Source: Mobula hypostoma (Eukaryota). Taken from it: 64,000 nt of DNA. The notes beneath the pieces were generated by a model, which saw only the letters and a list, made by a program, of their open reading frames with translations, searched no databases and was not told where the DNA came from. Where the stretch lies: NCBI RefSeq assembly GCF_963921235.1, contig NC_086108.1, positions 117,058,001-117,122,000 of the forward strand. Direction: 5' to 3'. Positions 22,403 to 34,200 of this stretch are shown one piece after another (positions within the stretch are counted from its first letter, which is position 1; the number at the start of each line of letters is the position of its first letter). The translations under genes and the position numbers were made by a program.

Positions 22403-22440
22403 TAGTCCTGACGAAGGGTCTCGGCCTGAAACGTCGACTG
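22403..22440 (+). ncRNA. Minimal type I hammerhead ribozyme in the pLTR
   Basis: TAGTC-CTGACGA(22408-22414)-AGGGTCTCGGCCT-GAAA-CGTC-GACTG; predicted cleavage after C22435. Confidence 0.75.
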
Positions 22441-23018
22441 CGCCTCTTCCTATAGATGCTGCCTGGCCTGCTGCGTTCACCAGCAACTTTGATGTATGTT
22501 GCTTGAATTTCCAGCATCTGCAGAATTCCTGTTGTTTGCACCTCACACTTCTCCGGGTTGAACTCCATCTGCCACTTCTGCATCCTATCAATGTCTCTCT
22601 GCAATCTTTGACAATCCTCTACACTATCTACAACACTACCAACCTTTATGTTGTCTACAAACTTGCCAACCCACCCTTCTACCCCCACATCCAGGTCGTT
22701 AATAAAAATCACGAAAAGTAGAGGTCCCAGAACAGATCCTTGTGGGACACCACTAGTCACAATCCTCCAATCTGAATGTACTCCCTCCACCACCACCCTC
22801 TGCCTTCTGCAGGCAAGCCAATTCTGAATCCACCTGGCCAAACTTCCCTGGATCCCGTGCCTTCTGACTTTCTGAATAAGCTTACCGTGTGGAACCTTGT
22901 CAAATGCCTTACTAAAATCCATGTAGATCACATCCACTGCACTACCCTCATCTATATTCCTGGTCACCTCCTCAAAGAACTCTATCAGGCTTGTTAGACA
23001 CGATCTGCCCTTCACAAA

Positions 23019-23260
23019 TAGTCATAGTCATAGTCATAGTCATACTTCATTAACCCCGGGGGAAATTGGTTTTCATTACACTTGCTCCATAAATAATAAA
23101 TAGTCATAGAACCATAAATAGTTAAATAATAATATGTAAATTATGACAGTAAATTATGAAATAAGTCCAGGACCAGCCTATTGGCTCAGGATGTTTGACC
23201 CTCCAAGGGAGGAGTTGTAAAATTTGATGGCCACAGGCAGGAACGACTTCCTATGACGCT
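23019..23260 (-). mobile_element. Rex1/Babar 3' end (short copy)
   Basis: (ATAGTC)4 tail and sequence colinear with ~6364-6596; splits CR1 between CTTCACAAA and CATGCTGACTG. Confidence 0.8.
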
Positions 23261-25246
23261 CATGCTGACTGTCCCTGATCAGTCCATGTTTCTCTAAATG
23301 CCCATAGATCCTACCTCTAAGAAACTTTTCCAATGAGGGGTCCTAAACCCATTGCACTTCTGATGTTTGAATATTCTCTCAATTTAGATAATAGTCTGCA
23401 CTATTGTTCCTTTTACCAAAATGCATTATCACACATCTCCCAACACTGTATTCCATCTGCTACTTTTTTGCCTATTCTTCCAATTTGTCTAAGTCTGGTT
23501 GCAATTGCATTGTTTCCTCAGCACTACCTACCCCTCCACCAATCTCCATATCATTACAAACTTTACCACAAAGCCATCAATTCCATTATCTAAATCACAG
23601 ACAAACAATGTGAAAAGTAAAGGTCCCAAGACTGACCCTTGAGGAACTAATCACTGGCAGCCAACCAGAAAAGGCCCCCTTTATTCCCATTTGCTATCCT
23701 GCCTGTCAGCCATTCCACTTTCCCAAGCTCTGAGGTTAAGTTAACAGGCCTCTAATTTCCTTCCTTTTGCTTCTCTCCCTTCTTAGAGAGTGGAGTGACA
23801 TTCGCAAAATTCTAGTCCTCCAGGACCATGCCAGAATCAAATGATTCTTGAAAGATCACGACCAATGCATCTGTTATCTCTTCAGCAACCTTTTTCAGGA
23901 CTCTGGGATGTAGTCCATCTGGCCCAGGTGATTTGTCCACCTTAAGAACTCTAAGTTTACCAAGCACATTTTTCTTTGTAATAGCACTGGCACTCACTCC
24001 TGCTCCCTGATACTCATAGACCTCTGGCACACTGCTAGTGTCTTCTACAGTGAAGACAGATGCAAAGTACTCATTAAGTTCATCTGCATTTCTTTGTCCC
24101 CCATTACTCCCTCACCAGTATCATTTTCCAGTGGTCCAATATCAACTCTCACCTCTCTTTTACTCTCTATATAACGGAAGAAAACTTTTGGTGTCCTGCT
24201 TTATAGTATTAGCTAGACTGGCCTTGTATTTCATCTTTTCCCTTTTTATAGCTTTTTCAGTTGTTGGATTTTAAAAATTTCCCAATCATCCAACTTCCCA
24301 CTCACTTTTGCACCTTAGTACACTTTCCTTGGCTTTTATGCAGTCCTTAACTTCCTTTGTTAGCCATGGTTGCCTACCCCTGCCATCTGACAACTTCTTC
24401 CACTGCGGGACATATCTATTCTGCGCCTTATGAACTGTTCCCAGAAATTTCAACCATCTCTGCTCTGCGGTCATCCCCACTAGATTCTCCAAAAATCCAC
24501 CTGGGCAAACACCTCTCTCATGCCTCTGTAATTCCTTTTATTCCATTGTGATACTGATATTTGTGAGTTATGCTTCTCCCTCTCAAATTGCAGTATGAAT
24601 TCAACCATGTTATGTCATGTTAAGATCCCTGTCTCCTAAGGGTTCCTTTACATTAAGCTCCAGAATAAGATCTGGTTTACTACACAACCACCAATCTAAG
24701 ATAGCATTTCTCTAAGCCATCTTGTAGGTATTCAACAAATTCCTTCTCTTGCGATCCAATACCAACCTGATTTTCCCAATCGCCTTGCATATTGAAGTCC
24801 CCATTACAACTGTGTCATAACCCCTCTTACTTGTCTTTTCTAGTTCCCTTTCCAGTCTCAACCCAACATCTTGGCTATTTAGAGGCCTATATATGATTCC
24901 CATAATGTTTATCTTATCCTTGCACTTTCTTAACTCCAGCTGCAAGATTTCACCATTCTCTGACCCTATGTCACCTCGTTATAAAGATGTAATTGCATCT
25001 CTCACCAACAGAGCTACAGCACCGGCTATGCCTTCTGCCTGTCATTTTGATACAAGGTATATATTTTGATGTTCCGCTCCCAACTATGACGTTCTTTCAG
25101 CCAGACTCAGTGATGTCCACAATGTCATACCTACTAATCTCTAATTGTGCCACGAGTTCATCCACTTTATTACGAATGCAACAAACATTTAAATACAGCA
25201 CCTTCACTCCTGCATTCTTTCCCCTTCTGAATTATGCCTCTGTTCG

Positions 25247-28200
25247 CACACACACACCAGAGTCCTCACCCTCACTGTCCCGTTCCCAAACTCACCCCAG
25301 TCCTCACCCTCACCGTCGTGTTCCCACACTCACCCCAGTCATCACCCTCACTGTCCCGATCCCACACTCACGGCAGTCCTCACCCTCACCGTCCCGTTCC
25401 CACACTCACCCCAGTCCACACCCCCACCGTCCCGTTCCCACACACACCCCAGTCCTCACCATCACTGTCCCGTTCCCACATTCACCCAGGTCCACACCCT
25501 CACCGTCCCGTTCCCAAACTCACCCCAGTCCTCACCCTCACCGTCCCGTTCCCACACTCACCTCAGTCCTCACCCTCACCGTCCCGTTCCCACTCTCAAC
25601 ACCAGTCCTCACCCTCACTGTCCCGTTTACACACACCTACCCCAGTCCTCACCCTCACTGTCCAGTTCCCATACTCACCCCAGTCCTTACCCTCACGTCC
25701 CGTTCCCACACTCACCCCAGTCATCACCCTCGCTGTCCGGTTCCCACGGTTACCACAGTCCTTACCCTCACCGTCCCGTTCTCACACTCACCCCAGTCCC
25801 TACCCTCACTGTCCCGTTCCCACACTCACCCCAGTCCTCACCCTCACTGTCCCGTTGCCACACGCAACCACTCCTCGCCCTCACTGTCCTGTTACCACAC
25901 TCACCCCAGTCCTCACCCTCACAGTCCCGTTCCCACACCAACCACTCCTCACCCTCACTGTCCTGTTTCCACACTCACCCCAGTCCTCACCCTCACCGTC
26001 CCGTTCCCACACACACCCCAGTCCTCACCCTCACTGTCCCGTTCCCACACTCACCCCTGTCCTCACCCTCACTGTCCCGTTCCCACACTCACCCCCACTG
26101 TCCCGTTCCCACACTCACCCCAGTCCTCACCCTCACCGTCCCGTTCCCACATTCACCCCAGTCCCGACCCTCACTGTCCCGTTCCCAAACTCAACGCAGT
26201 CCTCATTCTCACAGTCCTGTTCCCACAAACCTACACCAGTCCTCACCCTCACTATCCCGTTCCCACACTCACCCCAGTCCTCACCCACACTATCCCGTTC
26301 CCACACTCACCCAAGTCCTCACCCTCACTGTCCTGTTCCCACACTCACCCCAGTCCACAGCCTCACTGTCCCGTTCCAACACTCACCACAGTCCCCAACC
26401 CCACCATCCCGTTCCCACACTCACACCAGTCCTCACCCTCACCGTCCCGTTCCCACACTCACCCCAGTCCTCACACCCACCGTCCCGTTCCCACACTCAC
26501 CCCAGTCCCTACCCTCACTATCCCGTTTCCACACACCTACCCCAGTCCTCACCCTCACTGTTCCGTTCCCACATTCACCCCAGTCCTTACCCTCACGTCC
26601 CGTTCCCACACTCACCCCAGGCATCACCCTCGCTGTCCCGTTCCCCACGGTTACCACAGTCCTTACCCTCACCATCCCGTTCCCACACTCACCCCAGTGC
26701 TCACCTTAACCGTCCTGTTCCCACACACATACCAGTCCTCACGCTCATCGTCCCTTCCCACACTCACCCTAGTCCTCACCCTCACCGTCCCCTTCCTACG
26801 CTCACCGCAGACCTCACCCTCACCGGCCCGTTCCCACACTCAACACCATTCCTCACACTCACTGTCCCGTACCCAGACTTACCCCAGTCCCAACCCTCAC
26901 TGTACCGTTTCCACACTCACCCCAGTCATCACCTCACTCACCCCGGTCCTCACCCTCACTGTCCCGTTCCCACACTCACCCCTGTCCTCACCCTCACTGA
27001 CCCGTTCCCACACTCACCACAGTCCTCACCCTCACCGTCCCGTTCCCACACTCACCCCAGTCCCGACCCACACTGTCCCGTTCCCAAACTCAACGCAGTC
27101 CTCATTCTCACTGTCCCGTTCCCACACTCACCCCAGTCCACAGCCTCACTGTCCCGTTCCAACACTCTCCACAGTCCCCACCCCCACCGTCCCGTTCCCA
27201 CACTCACCCCAGTCCTCACGCTCACCGTCCCGTTCCCACACTCACCCCAGTCCGCACACCCACCGTCCCGTTCCCACACTCACCCCAGTCCCTACCCTCA
27301 ATGTCCCGTTTCCACACACCTACCCCAGTCCTCACCCTCACTGTCCCGTTCCCACACTCACCCAAGTCCTTACCCTCACGTCCCGTTACCACACTCACCA
27401 CAGTCATCACCCTCGCTGTCCCGTTCCCCACACTCACCACAGTCCTCACCCTCACCACTCACCACAGTCCTCACCCTCACCATCCCGTTCCCACACTCAC
27501 CCCAATCCTCGCCCTCACCGTCCCGTTCCCACACTCACCCCATTCCTCACACTCACTGTCCCGTTCCCACACTCACCTCAGTCCTCACCCTCACCGTCCC
27601 GTTCCCACACTCAATACCAGTCCTCACCCTCACTGTCCCGTTTCCACACACCTACCCCAGTCCTCACCCTCACTGTCCCGTTCCCACACTCACCCCAGTC
27701 CTTACCCTCACGTCCCGTTCCCACACTCACCCCAGTCATCACCCTCGCTGTCCGGTTCCCACGGTTACCACAGTCCTTACCCTCACCGTCCCGTTCTCAC
27801 ACTCACCCCAGTCCCTATCCTCACTGTCCCGTTCCCACACTCACCCCAGTCCTCACCCTCACTGTCCCGTTGCCACACGCAACCACTCCTCGCCCTCACT
27901 GTCCTGTTTCCACACTCACCCCAGTCCTCACCCTCACCGTCCCGTTCCCACACACACCCCAGTCCTCACCCTCACTGTCCCGTTCCCACACTCACCCCTG
28001 TCCTCACCCTCACCGTCCCGTTCCCACACTCACCCCAGTCCTCACCCTCACCGTCCCGTTCCCACACTCACCCCAGTCCTCACCCTCACCGTCCCGTTCC
28101 CACACTCACCCCAGTCCTCACCCTCACCGTCCCGTTCCCACACTCACCCCAGTCCTCACCCTCACTGTCCCGTTCCCACACTCACCCCAGTCCTCACCCT

Positions 28201-31200
28201 CACCGTCCCGTTCCCACATTCACCACAGTCCCGACCCTCACTGTCCCGTTCCCGAGCTCAACGCAGTCTTCATTCTCACAGTCCTGTTCCCACAAACCTA
28301 CACCAGTCCTCACCCTCACTATCCCGTTCCCACACTCACCCCAGTCCTCACCCTCACTATCCCGTTCCCACACTCACCCAAGTCCTCACCCTCACTGTCC
28401 TGTTCCCACACTCACCCCAGTCCACAGCCTCACTGTCCCGTTCCAACACTCACCACAGTTCCCACCCCCACCGTCCCGTTCCCACACTCACCCCAGTCCT
28501 CACCCTCACCGTCCCGTTCCCACACTCACCCCAGTCCTCACCCTCACTGTCCCGTTCCCACACTCACCCGTCTCCAACCTCACTGTCCCGTTCCCATACT
28601 CACCACAGTCCTCACCCTCACCGTCCCGTTCCCACACTCACCCCAGTCCTCACCCTCACCGTCCCGTTCCCACACTCACCCCAGTCCTCACCCTCACCAT
28701 CTCATTCCCACACTCACCCCAGTCCTCGCCCTCACCGTCCCGTTCCCACACTCAACACCATTCCGTTCCCACACTCAACACCATTCCTCACACTCACTGT
28801 CCCGTACCCCGACTTACCCCAGTCCCAACCCTCACTGTACCGTTCCCACACTCACCCCAGTCATCACCTCACTCACCCCGGTCCTCACCTTCACTGTCCT
28901 GTTCCCACACTCACCCCAGTCCTCAGCCTCACCATCCCGTTCCCACACTCACCCCACTCCTCACCCTCACTGTCTGGTTCCCACACTCACCCTCACTGTC
29001 CGGTTCCCACACTCACCCCAGTCCTCACTGTCACTGTCCTATTGCCACACGCAACCACTCCTCGCCCTCACTGTCCTGTTACCACACTCACCCCAGTCCT
29101 CACCCTCACCGTCCCGTTCCCACACACACCCCAGTCCTCACCCTCACTGTACCGTTCCCATACTCACCCCTGTCTTCACCCTCACCATCCCGTTCCCACA
29201 CTCACCACAGTCCCCACCCCCACCGTCCCGTTCCCACACTCACCCCAGTCCTCACCCTCACCGTCCCGTTCCCACACACACCCCAGTCCTCACACCCACC
29301 GTCCCGTTCCCACACTCACCCCAGTCCCGACCCTCACTATCCCATTTCCACACACCTACCCCAGTCCTCACCCTCACTGTTCCGTTCCCACACTCACCCC
29401 AGTTCTTACCCTCACGTCCCGTTCCAACACTCACCCCAGTCATCACCCTCACTGTCCCGTTCCCCACGGTTACCACAGTCCTTACCCTCACCGTCCCGTT
29501 CCCATACTCACCCCAGGCCTCACCCTCACTTTCCCGTTCCCACACTCACCCCAGTCCTCACCTTAACAGTCCTGTTCCCACACACATACCAGTCCTCACG
29601 CTCATCGTCCCTTCCCACACTCACCCTAGTCCTCACCCTCACCGTCCCCTTCCTACACTCACCCCAGTCCTCACCCTCACTGTCCCGTTCCCACACTCAC
29701 CCGTCTCCAACCTCACTGTCCCGTTCCCATACTCACCACAGTCCTCACCCTCACCGTCCCGTTCCCACACTCACCCCAGTCTTCACCCTCACCGTCCCGT
29801 TCCCACACTCACCCCACTTCTCACCCTCACCATCCCATTCCCACACTCACCCCAGTCCTCGCCCTCACCGTCCCATTCCCACACTCACCCCAGTCCTCGC
29901 CCTCACCGTCCCGTTACCACACTCAACACCATTCCTCACCATCACTGTCCCGTACCCAGACTTACCCCAGTCCCGACCCTCACTGTACCGTTCCCACACT
30001 CACCCCAGTCATCACCCTCACTCACCCCGGTCCTCACCCTCACTGTCCTGTTCCCACACTCACCCCAGTCCAAAGCCTCACCATCCCGTTCCCACACTCA
30101 CCCCACTCCTCACCCTTACTGTCCGGTTCCCACACTCACCCCACTGCTCACCCTCACTGTCCGGTTCCCACACTCACCCCAGTCCTCACCGTCACTGACC
30201 CGTTGCAACACGCAACCACTCCTCGCCCTCATTGTCCTGTTACCACACTCACCCCAGTCCTCACCCTCACAGTCCCGTTCCCACACCAACCACTCCTCAC
30301 CCTCACTGTCCTGTTTCCACACTCACCCCAGTCCTCACACTCACCGTCCCGTTCCCACACACACCCCAGTCCTCACCCTCACTGTCCCGTTCCCACACTC
30401 ACTCCTGACTTCACCCTCACCGTCCCGTTGCCACACTCACCCCAGTCCTCACCTTCACTGTCCCGTTCCCACACTCACCCCTGTCCTCACCTTCACTGAC
30501 CCGTTCCCACACTCACCACTGTCCTCACCCTCACCGTCCCGTTCCCACACTCACCCCAGTCATCACCCTCGCTGTCCCGTTCCCCACGGTTACCACAGCC
30601 CTTACCCTCACCATCCCGTTCCCACACTCACCCCATTACTCCTACTCAATGTCCCGTTCCCACACTCACCCCAGTCCTCACCCTCACCGTCCCGTTCCCA
30701 CACTGACCCCAGTCCCTACCCTCACTGTCCCGTTTCCACACACCTACCCCAGTCCTCACCCTCACTGTCCCGTTCCACACTCACCCCAGTCCTCACACCC
30801 ACGGTCCCGTTCCCACACTCACCCCAGTCCCTACCCTCACTGTCCCGTTTCCACACACCTACCCCAGTCCTCACGCTCACTGTCCCGTTCCCACACACAC
30901 CCCAGTCCTTACCCTCACGTCCCGTTCCCACACTCACCCCAGTCATCACCGTCGCTGTCCCGTTCCCCACGGTTACCACAGTCCTTACCCTCACTGTCCC
31001 GTTCCCACAAACCTACACCAGTCCTCACCCTCACTGTACCGTTCCCATACTCACCCCAGTCCTCACCCTCACTGTCCCGTTCCCACACTCACCCCTGTCC
31101 TCACCCTCACCGTCCCGTTGCCACACTCACCCCAGTCCTCACCCTCACTGTCCCGTTCCCACACTCACCCCAGACCTCACCCTCAGTGTCCTGTTCCCAC

Positions 31201-34200
31201 ACTCACCCCAGTCCCCACCCCCACCGTCCCGTTCGCACACTCACCCCAGTCCTCACCCTCACTCTCCCGTTTCAACACGCAACCACTCCTCGCCCTCACT
31301 GTCCTGTTACCACACTCGCCCCAGTCCTCACCCTCACTCTCCCGTTCCCACACCAACCACTCCTCACCCTCACTGTCCTGTTTCCACACTCACCTCAGTC
31401 CTCACCCTCACCGTCCCGTTCCCACACACACCCCAGTCCTCACCCTCACTGTCCCGTTCCCACACTCACCCCAGTCCTCACCCTCACTGTCCCGTTCCCA
31501 CACTCACCCCCGTCCTCACCCTCACTGTCCCGTTCCCACACTCACCCCAGTTCTCACCCTCACAGTCCCGTTCCCACACCAACCACTCCTCACCCTCACT
31601 GTCCTGTTTCCACAATCACCCTAGTCCTCACCCTCACCGTCCCCTTCCCACACACACCCCAGTCCTCACCCTCACTGTATCGTTCCCACATTCACCCCAG
31701 TCCTCACCCTCACTGTCCCGTTCCCACACTCACCCAAGTCCTCACCCTCACTGTCCTGTTCCCACACTCACCCCAGTCCACAGCCTCACTATCCCGTTCC
31801 AACACTCACCCCAGTCCTCACCCTCACCGTCCCGTTCCCACACACACCCGAGTCCTCACCCTCACTGTCCCCTTCCGACACTCACCCCAGACCTCACCCT
31901 CAGTGTCCCGTTCCCACACTCACCCGTCTCCAAACTCACTGTCCCGTTCCCATACTCACCACAGTCCTCACCCTCACCGTCCCGTTCCCACACTCACCCC
32001 AGTCCTCACCCTCACCGTCCCGTTCCCACACTCACCCCAGTCCTCACCCTCACGGTCCCATTCCCACACTCACCCCAGTCCTCGCCCTCACCATCCCGTT
32101 CCCACACTCAACACCATTCCTCACCCTCACTGTCCCGTACCCAGACTTACCCCAGTCCCGACCCTCACTGTACCGTTCCCACACTCACCCCAGTCATCAC
32201 CCTCACTCACCCCGGTCCTCACCCTCACTGTCCTGTTCCCACACACACCCCAGTCCTCAGACTCACCATCCCGTTGTCACACTCACCCCACTCCTCACCC
32301 TCACTGTCCGGATCCCACACTCACCCTCACTGTCCCGTTCCCACACTCACCACCGTCCTCACCCTCACTGTCCCGTTCCCACACTCACCCAAGTCCTCAC
32401 CCTCACAGTCCTGTTCCCACACTCACCCCAGTCCACAGCCTCACTGTCCCGTTCCCACACTCACCCAAGTCCTCACCTTCACTGTCCCGTTCCCAGACGC
32501 AACCACTCATCACCGTCACCGTCCTGTTCCCACACACACAGCAGTGCTCACCCTCACGGACCGTTCCCACACTCACCCTGGTCCTCACCTTCACTGTCCT
32601 GTTCCCACACTCACCCCACTCCTCACCCTCACTGTCCCGTTACCACACTCACCCCAGTCCTCACCCTCACAGTCCCGTTCCCACACCAACCACTCCTCAC
32701 CCTCACTGTCCTGTTTCCACAATCACCCTAGTCCTCACCCACACCGTCCCCTTCCCACACACACCCCAGTCCTCACCCTCACTGTCCCGTTCCCACACTC
32801 ACCCCTGTCCTCACCCTCACCGTCCCGTTGCCACACTCACCCCAGTCCTCACCCTCACTGTCCCGTTCCCACACTCACACCCGTCCTCACCCTCACCGTC
32901 CCGTTCCCACACTCACCCAAGTCCTCACCCTCACTATCCGGGTCCCACACTCAGCCCAATCCACAGCCTCACTATCCCGTTCCAACACTCACCCCAGTCC
33001 TCACCATCACCGTCCCTTTCCCATACTCACCCCAGTCCTCACCCTCACTGTCCCGTACCCAAACACAACGCAGTCCTCATTCTCAATGTCCCGTTTCCAC
33101 ACACCTACCCCAGTCCTCACCCTCACTGTCCCGTTCCCACACTCACCTAAGTTCTTATCCTCACGTCCCGTTCCCACACTCAACACCAGTCCTCACCCTC
33201 ACTGTCCCGTTTCCACACACCTTCCCCAGACCTCACCCTCACTGTCCCGTTCCCACACTCACCCCAGTCCTTACCCTCACCGTCCCATTCCCACACACAC
33301 CCCAGTCCTCACCCTCACTGTCCCGTTCCCACACTCACCCCTGTCCTCACCCTCACCGTCCCGTTGCCACACTCACCCCAGTCATCACCCTCACTCACCC
33401 CGGTCCTCACCCTCACTGTCCTGTTCCCACACACACCCCAGTCCTCAGACTCACCATCCCGTTCCCACACTCACCCCACTCCTCACCCTCACTGTCCGGT
33501 TCCCACACTCACTCTCACTGTCCCGTTCCCACACTCACCCCCGTCCTCACCCTCACTGTCCCGTTCCCACACTCACCCAAGTCCTCACCCTCACAGTCCT
33601 GTTCCCACACTCACCCCAGTCCACAGCCTCACTGTCCCGTTCCCACACTCACCCAAGTCCTCACCTTCACTGTCCCGTTCCCAGACGCAACCACTCATCA
33701 CCGTCACCGTCCTGTTCCCACACACACAGCAGTGCTCACCCTCACGGACCGTTCCCACACTCACCCTGGTCCTCACCTTCACTGTCCTGTTCCCACACTC
33801 ACCCCACTCCTCACCCTCACTGTCCCGTTACCACACTCACCCCAGTCCTCACCCTCACAGTCCCGTTCCCACACCAACCACTCCTCACCCTCACTGTCCT
33901 GTTTCCACAATCACCCTAGTCCTCACCCACACCGTCCCCTTCCCACACACACCCCAGTCCTCACCCTCACTGTCCCGTTCCCACACTCACCCCAGTCCTC
34001 ACCCTCACCGTCCCGTTGCCACACTCACCCCAGTCCTCACCCTCACTGTCCCGTTCCCACACTCACACCCGTCCTCACCCTCACCGTCCCGTTCCCACAC
34101 TCACCCAAGTCCTCACCCTCACTATCCGGGTCCCACACTCAGCCCAATCCACAGCCTCACTATCCCGTTCCAACACTCACCCCAGTCCTCACCATCACCG

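Larger units (their letters stand above)
20755..22538 (+). mobile_element. 5'-truncated Neptune-type Penelope-like element with a 12-bp TSD
   Basis: TSD CACCTCACACTT at 20743-20754 and 22539-22550; RT, GIY-YIG ORF and pLTR. Confidence 0.93.
19983..23333 (-). mobile_element. 5'-truncated CR1 family B (RT and 3' tail) hosting a Penelope-like and a Rex1 insertion
   Basis: AACATAGAACATAGAATAGTAC tail at 19983; minus ORFs RPHLEYCVQFWSP and GRSCLTSLIEFFEEVT..SGVPQGSVLGP; reverse complement of ~15480-16800. Confidence 0.9.
19330..25244 (-). mobile_element. CR1 family A ORF2 and 3' UTR, degenerate; interrupted at 19983-23333
   Basis: 3' end at ~19330, breaks at ...TTCTGGGAGTCTTG (19982), resumes at 23334 and runs through KSPGPDGLHPRVL and GIIYRP to the ORF2 start region (~25200-25240). 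Confidence 0.8.
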
